Source of the DNA: the human T2T-CHM13v2.0 reference genome, Homo sapiens
DNA length: 64,000 bases
Strand: one strand, 5' to 3'
NCBI RefSeq assembly: GCF_009914755.1
Contig: NC_060948.1
Position numbers and translations under genes: made by a program. Shown piece by piece: positions 12,646 to 26,087 of the stretch. The first letter of the stretch is position 1, and each line of letters opens with the position of its first letter. Under the pieces are notes generated by a model. That model was not told where the DNA came from. It saw nothing but the letters and a program-made list of their open reading frames with translations, and did not search any database.

Positions 12646-13251
12646 TGTAGTAGTTTCTCATTGTCTGAACTAGTACCTGGGGTGTTTTGTCTTATGTTCA
12701 AGAAAATTAAGGAAAGGGATGGGAGCCTTTCCCATCCCTTGTGAGATGGGAGCCAAGGTTAATAACCGAAAGAAGAAATCTCTCCAGAGCAAAGAGAGGA
12801 GTCTGTGTGGATTGCTGGGTTACAGCTGAATTCACAAGCTTTATAAGAAACTTCTCCCATCTATGCAGCAGTTTGCATAATTTCTCTTATCAGTGAAGAT
12901 GTTTCTACAACTCCTTTTATCTTATGCAGTTTTGGGTATATCTCTAAGCAAGCACAAAGTGGTATCGTTTTTGTTTGTATAACTGTGGGTTTAAGTAAGT
13001 GCCTCACTTCCTGTGCAAGTTCCCACAAAGTGTATGCCTGATAAATGGAGAAAACTTTTTTCCTGTGAGCCTCCTAATTATAAAAAGAAGAAAGGACTTA
13101 TATGCTGGACCCTGTCTGCTTATCTCTGTGCAGGTGCAGCCTTAGCTTTTTTCCTTGGATGCTTTATTTTTACCTGTTGCTGTGACATTTCAGGAGACCT
13201 CTTCTGCAGCTTGAGTCTTCCCTAGCTGATTTTTCCATTTCTTCTCCCTGA
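12646..13251 (-). mobile_element. ERV1 solo LTR, MER61/LTR25-like
   Basis: tgtagtagtttctcattgtctg start, and cttatctctgtgcaggtgcagc...ctagctgatttttccatttcttctccct end. Confidence 0.65.
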
Positions 13252-14199
13252 GTTCTCAAACATAATGGTGGGGAGAGCTCGGTGGTGGTGACAGCACAGA
13301 AACAAGTGTCCGTGGAGATGGCACCAACAGCACTATGGAGTCTGCCTAGTCATGGCCTCAGGATTGGTGGTACCAGAGAGTGCTGACAGCTGCCCACCTA
13401 ATTGTAAACACTCTATGCTGCTGAGGAGCTATGTGGGCAACAAGATGGGCTTCTGAGGCCTGTGAAGAAAAGTGCAGGGCCTGCCCATGACCCACTCACC
13501 ACCCCTTCACCTTGGGGGTGCTGCAGAAAAAGTCCCGCTATGGGGCTACCAGAGGACTGCACTGTGGCATGATCAAGAGGTAAGCAGTGGGTGTCATGTG
13601 AGCACCTCCTGCCAGCCCCATGCTGTGTGCAGTCAGAGCTGGTGGGGAGCACAGTCCTGGGTGTGTTTTGGGAGGAGGAAAAGTGTTGTGGGTGCAGAAG
13701 GAGGTGTTCTAGTAAGGGAGCAGTGGGCAGGGCTTGTCTCCAGGTCAGGGTCAGAGTTTCATTGGTCTTCATGGGCTGCCAGAAACCCCAGCAGTGAGGC
13801 TGTCACCTCAACAGGTCCTTGCCATTCTCTGGAGAGCCTGCAGGTTCCATGACCTTCCTCCCACCCAGAGCTCCTGGTAGAAGCTGCTAAAGATCTGGCT
13901 GGGGTGAGGGGCTTCCTGGAGACACTGGGACCAGACTTTCACTTGCAGTCTCCAGTGGTACTTCTTCCTGAGGTGGGAGGAGGAGCTGGTGACAGGTACA
14001 CCTGGTCTGGTGTCTTTTTCAGTGCCTGCCATCCCTGTTTTATTCATGTGTACCAACGCTAAGTGTCCTATGAGATGTGGTATTTGTTGTGTATGCAGTA
14101 GCCCAAATAGTATATGATGTGTACTCAGATTCATATGCCACTGAGTGTAGAGGGATTCACATAAACAAGTTGGTGTTCCCAGGTATATATCAAAATGAT

Positions 14200-14850
14200 T
14201 TCTGTTGAGAGGGGTTAAACAGGAGAGTAACATCACCTGGGTGTTGAGCCCAGCAATATGTCACAATATTTTCTTTGGGCATGTCTCAGGCAGCAGAAGA
14301 GATTCACATCAAATAGGTGTTGGACCCAGCAATATGTCACAATTCCCTTTGTGGGCAGAGCTCAGCAAAAGTGGAGAGTCACATTACCTTTTACTAAGCC
14401 CAGCAATATGTCACAAGTTCCCATGTGGATGGGGGCAAGAAATGAGAGTCACACAACATAGGTTTTGGGCCCAGATATATGTAACAATGCCCCCTGTGAA
14501 AAAAAACTCTGGCAGGACAGTGACAACACCTATGTTCTGTATCCAGCAATTTGTCAAGATCTTTTCTGTGGGCAGGGCACAGATGACAGAGAAAAGTCTT
14601 ATTGCCTAGGTTCTGCACACAATAATATTTTACAATTCCCTTGACTGCAGGGCTCAGGCAGAAAAGTCACATCACCTCAGTGCTTGGCCCATATATATCA
14701 TAATGCCAATGAGAGTAGGGTTGTGTTGATGTGCAAATATGAGTCATCATCTCATCTACATTTTAGACACTTTTATGACACTTTCTGTACCATTATGCAG
14801 AATGTTATCTTCTGTGAAAACACAATATACAGAAATGTTATCTTCTGTGA
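14200..14850 (+). repeat. Diverged beta satellite (68-bp Sau3A/BSR)
   Basis: ~68-70-bp units with cccagcaATATGTCACAAT...ggcag...GAGTCACATCACCT. Confidence 0.9.
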
Positions 14851-17800
14851 TGTAACACTTCTTCTGACTAACGCAGACCCTAACACTAGCCCTAACCTGT
14901 TGCGCAGATCCTAGCTATGATAGTCATCTTCTCTCCCATTGGAGAGAACAGAAGTAAAATACACCTAAAGAAGAGCAACCTCAAGACATAATATCATCAG
15001 ATTGTTGAAGGTTGAAATGAAGGAAAAAATGTTGAGGGCAGCAAGAGAGAAAGATCAGGCTACATACAAATGGAAGCTCATCAGATTAACAGTGGATCTT
15101 TCTATAGAAACACTACAAGCCAGAACAGGGTGGGGGCAAACATTCAAAATTATTAAGGTAAATAATTTTCAAGTCAGAATTTCATATCCAACCAAACTGA
15201 GCTTCATAGATCAAGAAGAAATAAAATTCTTTCCAGACAAGCAAATGCTGAGGAATCTTGTCACCACCAGGCCTGCCTTAACAAGAGTAAGGAAGCATTA
15301 AATATGGAAAGGAAAAACTGGTACCAGTCACTGCAACAACACATTGAAATACAAAACCCAATGACACTAAAAAAACTTTTTCAACGAATGTGCAAAATAA
15401 CTAGCTAGCATCATGATGACAGAATCAAATTCACGTATAACAATATTAACTTAAATGGAAATGCCTAAATGTCCCAAATAAAAGACACAGACTGGAAAAT
15501 TGGATAAAGTGTCAAGATCTATTGGTGTGCTGTAATTAGGAGACCCATCTCACTTGGAAACACACACATAGGCTCAAAATAAAGGAATGGAGGAATATTT
15601 ACCAAGCAAATGGAAAGCAAAAAAGCAAGGATTGTAATTCTAGCCTCTGATAGAACACTTTAAACCAGCAAAGATTAAAAAAGACAAAGAAGAATGTTAC
15701 ATTATGGTAAAGGGATCAATGAAACAAGAAGAACTAACTACTCTAAATAGGTATTCACCCAATACTGGAGCACCAAAATTCATAAAACAAGTTCTTAGGA
15801 CCTTTGAAGGACAGACTTTCACAAAATAATGGTGGGAGAATTTAAAACCCCACAGTCAATATTAGATCAATGAGAAAGAAAATTCACAAGGATATTCAGG
15901 ACTTGAACTCAGCTCTGGACCAAGGGGACTTAACAGACATCTGCAGAATTTTCTGTCCCAAATCAACTGATATACATTCTTCTCAGCATCACAAAGCAAC
16001 TTTTCTAAAATTGACCAATTAATTGGAAGTAAAACACCCCTCAGCAAATACAAAACAATGGAAATCATAACAAAGAGTCTCTCAAACCACTTTGCAATCA
16101 ATTAGAACTCAGGATTAGGAAACTCACTTAAAACTGAAAAACTTCATGGACATTGAACAACCAACACCTGAGTGACTACCGGATAAACAATAAAATTAAG
16201 GCAGAAATGAAGAAGTTATTTGAACCCAATTAGGACGAAGAGACAATGAAGCAGAATCTGTTGAACACACCTGAAGGAGTGTTGAGAGATAAATTTATAG
16301 CAATAAATGCCCACATCAGAAAGCTGGAAAAATCTGAACTCAACACCCAAACATTGCAATTAAAAGAACTGGAGAAGCAAGAAAAATTCAAAACCTAGCA
16401 GAAGACATGAAATAACTAGGATTAGAGAGAACTGAAGCAGATAGAGACACAAAAATAGCCTTGAAAAAAATAAACCCAGGATATGTTTTTTTGAAAAGAC
16501 TAGCAAAATATATAGACCTCTAGCTAGAATAATAAAAAATAAAACAGAGAAGAATCAAATAGACACAATAAAAAATGAAAAAGTGGTTACAACAGAAATA
16601 CACATTACCATCAGCAAATACTGTGGAGACCGTATTCAAATAAACTAGAAAATCTGGAAGAAATGGGTAAATTCTTAGACACATACAGCCTGTCAAGACT
16701 AATTCAGAAAGAAGTTGAGTCCCTGAATAGATCAATAACAGGTTCTGTAACTGAGGTAGTAATTAGTAGACTACTGACCAAAAAAAAAAAAAAAAAAAAA
16801 AAAGTCCAGGACCAGGCAGATTGACAGCTGAATTCTATCAGAGGTACAAAGAGGAGCTGGTACCATTCCTTCTGAAACAATTGTGAACAATAGAAAACAA
16901 AGGGACTCCTCCATAACTCATTTTATGAGGTCAGCATCATCCAGTTACCAAAACCTGGCAGAAACAAAACAACAAAAAAGAAAATTTCAGAACAATATCC
17001 ATGATAAATATCGATACAAAAATTCTCAATAAAATGCTGAAAAACTCAATCCAGTATCACATCATAAAGCTTATCCACCATGATCAAGTTTACTTTATTT
17101 CTGGGATGCAAGGCTTGTTTGACATATGCAAATCAATAAATATTATCAATCACATAAAGAGAACCAATGGCAAAAATCACGAATATCACATGATTATCTC
17201 AATAGATGAAGGCCTTTGATAAAATTCAACACCCCTTCATGCTAAAAACTCTCAATAAACCAGGTGTTGATGAAACATATCTCAAAATAATAAGAGCTAT
17301 TTATGACAAACCCATAGCCAGTATTATACTGAATGTACAAAGTCTAGAAAATTTTTCTTTGAAAACCAGCACAAGATAAGCGTGCTCTCTCTCACCACTC
17401 TTATTCAGCATAGTGTTGGAAGCTCTGGCCATGGCAATTAGCAAAGAGACTGAAATAAAGGATATCCAAGTAGGAATATAGGAAGTCAAATTGTCTGTTT
17501 GTGGATGACACAATTGCATATTTAGAAAACCCCGTCGACTCAGCTGAAAAATTCCTTAGGCTTATAAACAATTCAGCAAAGCCTTGGGGTACAAAATCAA
17601 TGTTAAAAAATCACACACATTTCAATACACCTATGATAGACAAGCAGAGAAACAAACCATCAAAGAACTACCATTCACAATTGCTACAAAGATAATAAAA
17701 TACCTAGAAATACAACTTACAAGGGAAGTGAAGGACCTCTTCAAGGAGAACTGCAAACCACTGTTCAAGGAAAGTTAAGAGAGGACACAAACAAATAAAA

Positions 17801-18366
17801 AATATTCATGTTCATGGATAGGAAGAATGAATATCATGAAAATAGCCATAGTGCCCAAAGTAATTGACAGATTCAATGCTTTCTCATTAAGTTACCAGTG
17901 GCTTTCTTTGCAGAATTTGAAAAAAAAATTACTTTAAATTATATATAGAACCAAAAAATAGCTCATATAGACAAGAAAATACTCAGCAAAGAGAACAAAA
18001 CTTGAGGCATCATGCTACCTCCCTTCAACCTCAACTACAAGATACAGTAACCAAAACAGAATGGTACTGGCACCATGAAAGGGAACAGAGGCCTTAGAAA
18101 TAACAACACACACCTACAAACCAACTGATCTTCAACAAACCTGACAAAAAACAGCAAGGGAAAAAGAATTTCCTATTTAAAAAATGATGCTGGGAAAACT
18201 GAGTAGCCATATGCAGAAAACTGAAATTGGACTGCTTCCCTCACTTTATACAAAAATTAACTCAAGATAGATTAAAGAGTTAAATGTAAAACCAAAAGCC
18301 ATAAAAATTCTAGAATAAAACCTAGGCAATACCAGTCAAGACAAAGGCATGGGCAAAGACTTTATG

Positions 18367-18826
18367 TGTGGGAGTTCAGGGAGGATGATGGGGAAAATTG
18401 TGAGCCACATACCTTCTTGGGAAACACGAAGATTTTTGAAAAAGTCTCAGGATAAAGTCATGGCTGAAGGCAACTTAACTCTCACCTTGAGTAAAAGTTT
18501 AAAGTGGATACAAAGAAAGGTAGAATAGTTGACCTAACTATCCTGTTTACTCATGTGGTCCTAAGACTAAACTTTGATCTATGATGGGTGTTTAATTGCT
18601 TTCTACTCGGGAAGTTCACAATGTCAATTACCCTCTAGTGTTGTTTGCTCATGACATTTGTCAATTAATCTTTACTGAATAAATGCAAGTTTCACTGACA
18701 GATTGATGCCACAGCTGCAACTAAGTGGCCCAGGTGCTCAGCTGGACTTGCAAAGCAGAATATCTGTATGTCAGCGTACATTATTCATCCATTGTTGTGT
18801 CAGGGTCTGCAAGACAGGCCCCTGCA
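18367..18826 (+). mobile_element. LTR22 5' LTR
   Basis: TGTGGG...CCCCTGCA termini with AATAAA; homologous to 25630-26087. Confidence 0.9.
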
Positions 18827-18828
18827 GT

Positions 18829-18847
18829 TGGTACCCTCATGTGAGGA
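18829..18847 (+). promoter_or_regulatory. Primer binding site, tRNA-Met-like
   Basis: TGGTACCCTCATGTGAGGA resembles TGGTGCCCCGTGTGAGGA (3' end of elongator tRNA-Met), as known for HML-5. Confidence 0.75.
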
Positions 18848-18986
18848 ATGCTGCAAAGGAAGCATGACAGACCCCTAAAAATGAAGTTGAAAAAGGAACT
18901 GCATGGTCAGTGAGCAATCAGTAAGTCATTTGTGCCCACTTGGGATTTTCAAGTTTTGGGGGGATTGGTCAGGCTAAGGTTTCATC

Positions 18987-20470
18987 ATGGGAAAATAGTT
19001 ATCAGCTCAACAGAAAAAGTATGTAAAAGTGTTGAAACAGTTGCTTAAGGCTAGCAGAGCATCAGTTTCACAGGCTCAATTAAGGGACCTAATGCAGACT
19101 GTTATCTCACATAATCCAGGGTTCCTAGAAAAAAAGAATGCTAGATGTAGAACCCTGGGAACAAGTATGGAGAAATCTTAAACAATATTATGCATAAGGG
19201 CAATGGGTCCCAACATCATTGTTACACATGTGCTTTAGTACAGATGGCATAGTCCAATTATACACAGAACAGCCTAAAAAGGGGAAGGAGGAAGAAGCAC
19301 CACCTGCTTTACTGACTTTTCCTTCAACCCCAATATCACCAGGCCAAAATAACAAAGAGGAAATTAAGGTTTTATCTGAGTGCCACCTCCAATAAGTACA
19401 AAAAAAAACAAGAAATATATCCCAGCTATAGGACTTTTTCTTAGCTGCATTAGAAAGGGAGGTCTTAGCCTGCCCAATAAAGTAAGACTGATGTAGCAAT
19501 CAGGTACATGAACCAATTTCCTTTAATGCTTATAAAGAGCTAATAAAAAGCATTAAAGAAAATGGAGCCACTAGCCCATTTATGAAACAAATTATTGAGG
19601 CATTGGCAGACCACTTCCATATGACCCCACGGGCCTGGTTAATGCTGGCTAAAACAACTCTGGAGCCTAGTCAATACCTCCTCTGGAGGGCAGAATACTA
19701 CAAGTTGTGCAAACAACAAGCCAACCAGAATCAGACAGTAAGGCAAAATATAACAGCTGATATGCTCTGGGGGGAGCTGGGGTCCTCATTCCAGTGAACA
19801 ACAACAACAAAATTTTGATCCCCAGGCCTATGCTCATGTCTCTGTGTGTGCTCTTAGGGCTTGGGACTGAATTCCCAAAAACAGAGTTCAGCAGGGATCT
19901 TTTGTAAATGTTCAGCAAGGGCCTCAGGAGCCATTTGTTGAGTTTATCAATCTGTTAACCCAGAGAATTAAGAGACAAATTAGTCATGTCCAGGCTGCTG
20001 ATATCTTACTGTTGCAACTGGCTTTTGGAAATGCTAATGTGGATTGACAGGAGGCAATGCAGGCAATCAGAGGAAAGGCAACCACAGTCAGGGAGCTAAT
20101 ATGAGCATGTCAGCTGGTAAGAACTGAAACACACAAGGCCAAAATACTGGCTATGGCATTAAGGCCTCCTAAAGTAAAAAGGGAGAGAAGCCAAAATTGT
20201 TTTCTATGAAGAGAGCTGGGGCATATGAAGAGATAAGGCCTGATAGCAGAGATCAAGTTAACTCAGGGAAAGAATCCCCTTCTATACAATCCTAGTGTAA
20301 GAAGGGGAAGCACTGGGCAAATGCAGGTCTAAATTTGATAAAAACGGCAACCCCATAAGAAAGCAGTTGGGAAACTTCATAAGGGGCTAGCCCCAGGCCC
20401 CACTTCCAAATGGGGCAATTCCAGCAGCTTCCCTTGGTCATATTGAAATCTCAGTCCTCTCTCTTAGAGC
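18987..20470 (+). pseudogene. gag: HML-5 gag
   Basis: MGK*LSAQQKKYVKVLKQLLKAS, the MHR VQQGPQEPFVEFINLL, and decayed zinc knuckles. Confidence 0.85.
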
Positions 20471-21150
20471 AGCTACCACTGGAAGCACAGGACTGGATTT
20501 ACTTTGTCCCAGTGGATTAGTGCTAAAAGAGGGGGAAGACCCTAAAAGTATTGGGACTGGGATCTGTGTCCCACTGCCACCAGGAACAATATTAGCCCTG
20601 TGTCAGTCTAGCTTATCCAGTAAAGGAATTAATGTGCTCACTGGGGTAATTAATAGTGATTATCAGGGTGAAATATTGGTTAGATGGAATGTAAATATCT
20701 GCATATTCTTTCCCCTGGATCCAAGATAGCTCAGTTAATGATTTTTACCATACTGGGTCCCCAGTGCCCATGAAAAAGAAAGAGGAAAGGGAAGTTTTGG
20801 AAGCATAGGAGCCACAGAAGATATTGGAATTAATTAATCATTGATCAGAGACCCATGATTACCTTAAAAACTGGAAATAAGAATTTTACTGTCTTATTGG
20901 ACACAGGGGTGGACAATTTAGTCATTAGTGATTAGAACTCACCAGAAACTTGGTCTTGGGTCACTCAGAAACAGAAAATTGTCATCACTGGGGAAACACA
21001 CACAGCCAAGCAGAGCACACACACCCTAACATGCTGTGATTCTGAGGGAAGAAAGGCAGTTATATAACCTTTAATCATGCCCATCCCTGTTAATCTTTGA
21101 GATGGGATGTGTTAGCCCAATGGGAAGTCAATCTGCAGACCCCTTTCTAA
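20330..21150 (+). pseudogene. pro: HML-5 dUTPase-protease
   Basis: SSLSSKGINVLTGVINSDYQGEI (dUTPase) and LLDTGVD (protease active site). Confidence 0.85.
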
Positions 21151-23750
21151 CAAAGGCAACTGTTGTTATTTCTCCCCCATCCCTGATGTGGCTTTCTCAA
21201 GATCTAATTTGGGTAGAACAGTGGCTTCTGAAGGGGGAGAAATTACTGAAGGCTCATGCCTTAGTTGAAGAACAATGAAGGCTGGCCATGTGGAATTATC
21301 TCACAGCTCCTGGAATTTGCCCATTTTCATCATTTACAAAAAGTCTGGGAAATGGAGACTTTTGCATGACTTACATGCTATTAATGCTAATTTACAGCCT
21401 ATGGTACCCCTTCAACACGGCTTCCCCTCCCCCACAGCAATTTCTTAAGATTGACCTATAATTGTTATTGACTTAAAAGATTGTTTTATACAATTTCCCT
21501 AACAGAAAATGACACAGAAAAATTTACATTTACAATACCAGCTATCAGTAATGAAAAGCTATATTGTCAATTTCATTGATTAGTGCTTCCTGAAGGAATG
21601 CTAAACAGTCTTAACATATGTCACTATCATGTAAATCAAGCTTTGGTCCCTGGTAGAAAAGCATTTCCTGATTGCAAGATTATTCATTTTATGGATGATA
21701 CTCTACTAGCATCCCCAGATGGAGCCAATAATTTCAAATTTGTATTCCTCTGTTGTACAGAACACACAGCTAAGAGGTTTAAACATTGTGCCTGAGAAAG
21801 TACAGATGTTTTTTTCTTTGAAATCTCTTGAGTATGTACTAACTTCCTGGTCAATAACAATTCAGAAGTTCAAATTAAATGCTAATAACCAAACACTAAC
21901 AACTTACACACATTTAATGATTATCAAAAATTACTGGGAGTCATTAATTGGCCCTGCACCACTTTGGGGATTTCTACTGATAAATTACAAAACCTGTTTT
22001 CTATCTTAAAGGGCATTCCAGCCCTAGATTCTCCCAGATATTTAACCCCTACAGCAAAAAGAGAAGTCGAGGAAATAGAACTAGCCATCTCTCAGAGGTA
22101 GCTAGATCACATAGGCCAAGGCTTTTAGTTTCAGTTGTTTATCTTTCCCATGAAACATTCCCCTACAGAGTTAATAGGACAAATGGCCCCTAAGCTACAC
22201 TTTCTAGAATGGAATTTTGCTCATGTACTGAGACTAAAACACTATCTCCTTATATTCAGTTAATTACTAAAGTCATTTATTCAGGCTAGAAATGATGTAA
22301 TCAGTTGCTGTGTTGTAATCCTCATGTCACCAGAATTCCTTTAAGTAAAAAGCAATTCTAAACATTATTGTCCTTATTGATAGATCTTCAAATAGGCTTC
22401 TCTGATTACATATGACAAATAGAGCACATGCTTCCTGCTGATAGACCCCTTCATTTCTTATCTCATATGCTGGTAATTTTGTCCACAAAAATACTTCACT
22501 CCCCTCTATCTAATGATTTAACATTGTTCACTGGTGGGTCTGGAAAACACAGAAAAGCAGCAGTCTGGTGGAGAACACACAATTCAGTCACTTGATCTGG
22601 GTTTAATAGAATTCAGACAGCTGAGATTGGGGCTCTGATACTAGCCTTGGAAACTTTTTTCACTCAGTTTATAAATATTGTCAGTCTGCATATTCATCCA
22701 ATTAGAGCAATACTCTATTTATTTATTGCACAACATTGAGACAGCCCTAATTAAGTCCACTCAGGAGCCAGCCCTGTGTGCTCTTTTTCTCCAACTTCAG
22801 CATTTGCTAAATCAATGTACATATTCTATTTTTATTACACATATTCAAGCCCACAGCTCACTGCCTGGACTTTTGGCTTATGGCATTAATCAAGCAGACT
22901 TTGAAGTTATGACAAGACTACTTGACCAAGCCACCCAATCACATCAATTTTTCCACCCAAACTGAAGAAACTTATCTAAGCAATTTCAACATACCCAAGA
23001 CTAGCTATGCAAATTATCCTGCAATGCCCAGATTGCCAGCTCACAGGCGTTCCTCTCCTTCAATAGATGTTAACACTAGAGGACTAGAACCTAATCATTT
23101 ATGGCAAACAAATGTTATACACATCCCTGAATTTGGAAAACATGTATCCAATGATACTAACACTCATTTAATTAGTGCACATACTCTGCCTGGAGATTCA
23201 ACTTGATATATCATTAAACATCTTCATTTAACTTTTAAATTTATGGGACGACCCACAATAATTAAGACTGATAATGGTCCAGCTTATGCCAGCTCACAAT
23301 TTCAAGAACTTTTTTACATGTGAAGCATCCAACATTCCACACATATCTCATATAACCTCCAAGGACAAGCAATAGTAGAATGTGCCCACTCCATCCTTAA
23401 AAATATGCTCAAAAAACAAACATGGGGAGTATGGGTAAAGACCCTGCAACACAATTGGCAGAAGTCTTATTTACTCTTATTTTTTTTAATTTAGATGACA
23501 AATTTCAATCAGCTGTAGAAAAGCATTTTGTTAAAACCTCTTAAGGCATAAAACCTGCAATTTTATGGAAAGATGTAAATAGTAATGAATGGTGTGGTCC
23601 AGGTAAATTACTAACATGGAGAAGAGGGTATGCTTGTGTCCACACCCTCTCGGTCCTCTTTGGATTCCAGCATGGCACATCACCTCATACCATGGCATGG
23701 CTAGGACCCCACCTGGTACCAGGGCTGAAGGAGCTAACCCTGCAATACCC
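21130..23750 (+). pseudogene. pol: HML-5 pol (RT-RNaseH-IN)
   Basis: [28 protein letters not shown] and IKTDNGPAY motifs. Confidence 0.88.
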
Positions 23751-25610
23751 ATAGCCCCAAGCAATGTGGCTTCCATGGATGACACAAGCGCCAGGTATTA
23801 CCTAGGGGATGCTGAAGAGCACAACTCAAGAGGCTGAAATAATCCTTCTCTGGACACACACACCATTAACTCCAGATAAGTTATTTCTTTCTATGCTTTC
23901 TGTTGTACACTGCAACTCACATATGGTATTAATCCTTTTTATACTCTCACTTTCTCCGCAAACTGTTCCTGCTACACTCTATTGGGCTTGTATTTTAGAC
24001 TGGCTTTTCTTTTGCCCTGTCACCCAGGCAGACACTCCCTTCCCAGCCTATAATAATGTGACTGCTTGGCTAGGAGGGATAGAATTTATCCCCAGTGGGG
24101 TCTGTCAATAATTGCACAGATTGGAATAAGGTGCTAGATAATGCTACATATCACTCCACTATTCTACCACTGACTGTAAGTTACAAAGGCTCTAAGCCTT
24201 ACTATTTACCTTCACAAAAACAAGTATGACTACATCATGGCAAAGGAAACTTTGCCTTAACATTCTTAGCTGTAGGTAGCCTCAAACTGGGCAATGCAAG
24301 CAATGTCACCTTCTCAAATATTCTTTCCTGTGCTAAAGAACAATGCCGGGAAAATAATGGATTTCACTTTTGCTAAGAAGTCTGTTATAGGAAAAAGGCC
24401 CATAGCCTCTAGTTAGGCTATTATAACATCTTAGACTGGAGCCCCCACAGCCGATTTCAGGGCAGCCTTACTAATGTCTTTGTCCATCATGGCATCATTC
24501 AGTTTCATAGCCACACTCCATTCCCCTATGATTTGGGCCTGTATGGGGATGGGATATCCCAGACCTCAAGTAAAGTCCATGCCACCCCAAGGCAACTTAT
24601 GACTGCTGGGACATCCTAGCAACTCCCTTAACACCTCTCATGAGACATGTCATAATTCCAGTCACAACTGGAATTATTCATAATCACACTAATCAGTGCC
24701 TGATTTGCATTATAAATCCATATGTTTTTCTTATGGCAACTAACATTTCCATTACACCCCAAAACTCCCCAGGTGACCCAGGTTTAGAGACAGGCTTGAT
24801 TTCCCTCATGTATCACTAATCACAATATATCTAATTTAAAAATTACTAGTGTCATGGTACTAAGGAGATAATCTGAGGCATTTCTACCAGTCAATCTGTT
24901 CTTCTGCCCTTGACACCTTAGAACATTCTCTGTCACAGGTCAGACACAAAAGATTCATAGTTACACTTATGGCCTTTATAGTCTCAGCCATAGTCATCCT
25001 GTCAACTGCTAGCTTTGCTGTTGCATCTATTACTGAGTCAGAACAAACAGCTGCCTTTGTAGATAATGTGGCCAAAAATGTGTCTAATAAACTTCTTTTA
25101 CAACAAGGTATAGATCAAAAATTTATTTCATACCTACAAGCCCTCAAGACTGCTTTAGAATATGTAGGTCAATGACAAGATGCATTGGAATTCTGACAGC
25201 AATTAAACTGTGACTGGGAACGTAAACATATCTGCATCACTTCTCTAGCATGGAGTCTGTCAATAAATAATTGATATGAGGTAAAACAACACCTTTAGGG
25301 AAGCTTTTATGACAATTTAATAGCAGACGTAAAGCAACTTATACATTTTAGAATCCCTTCACACCGTAGACCTATACATTCAACAAACAGCCATATGGAA
25401 TGGTGTGCAAGATCATTTCTCCTGATTAGAACCCCCACCGTTGGGGGTCACTCTTTGACTGGAAAAGAATGTGGCTAATTGTATTCATGATTATTTTATG
25501 TTATTTGCTAATACTAGGATGCAAAGCTGGAATAAGAGCAATGACTGCCACAACTAACAGATTAGTTGCTGCACACATCTGCATTCTCCAATCCAAAAGA
25601 TCTGATGCAG
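23700..25610 (+). pseudogene. env: HML-5 env
   Basis: RHKRFIVTLMAFIVSAIVILSTASFAVASIT (furin site plus fusion peptide), LNCDWERKHICIT, and a TM anchor. Confidence 0.85.
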
Positions 25611-25629
25611 AAAAAAATAAAGGGGGAAA

Positions 25630-26087
25630 TGTGGGGGCCCAATCAGAATGGTGGGGAAAATTATAAGCCACAAACCATTGAAGTTCTGAAGGTTTTTGCA
25701 AAAGTCTCAGGATAAGTTTATGCCTAAAGGCAACCTAATCCTTACCTAGAGTAAATAGCTTAAAGTGGGTACAAAGGAAGGTAGACTAGTTTACCAACCT
25801 AGCTTGTTTACTCAGGTGGTCCTAAGACTAACCTTTGGTCTACTGTGAATTCTTAATTGCTCTCTACTCAGGAAGTTTGCAATGTCAATTACCCTCTAGT
25901 GGTGTTTACTCATGGCATCTATCAATTAATCTTTACTGAATAAATGCAAATCTCTCTGATTAATCAAGGCTGTGGCTGTGACCAGGTGGCCTAGATGCTC
26001 AGCTGGACTGGTAAAGCAGAATATTTGTGTGTCAGTGTACTTTATTCATACATCGTTGGATCAGGGTATGCAGGACAGACCCCTGCA
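25630..26087 (+). mobile_element. LTR22 3' LTR preceded by a polypurine tract
   Basis: AAAAAAATAAAGGGGGAAA|TGTGGGG...CCCCTGCA. Confidence 0.9.

Larger units (their letters stand above)
10950..14040 (+). pseudogene. GC-rich, CpG-decayed non-repeat segment, candidate processed pseudogene split by two LTRs (pieces ~10950-11831 and ~13252-14040)
   Basis: Coding-like composition with several long overlapping ORFs (e.g. 11159..11791) and a K/E-rich patch (GKLKRKKETSKEKKEMA). I recognise no repeat family, and the parent gene is not identified. Confidence 0.4.
18367..26087 (+). mobile_element. HERV-K(HML-5)/HERVK22 provirus, two LTRs, all ORFs disrupted
   Basis: Structure is LTR-PBS-gag-dUTPase/pro-pol-env-PPT-LTR, with a degenerate 6-bp TSD TTTATG/TTTGAG. 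Confidence 0.93.

Noticed and set aside
14875-14900. Telomere-like CCCTAA motifs
   Set aside because: Only two perfect units, compatible with chance.
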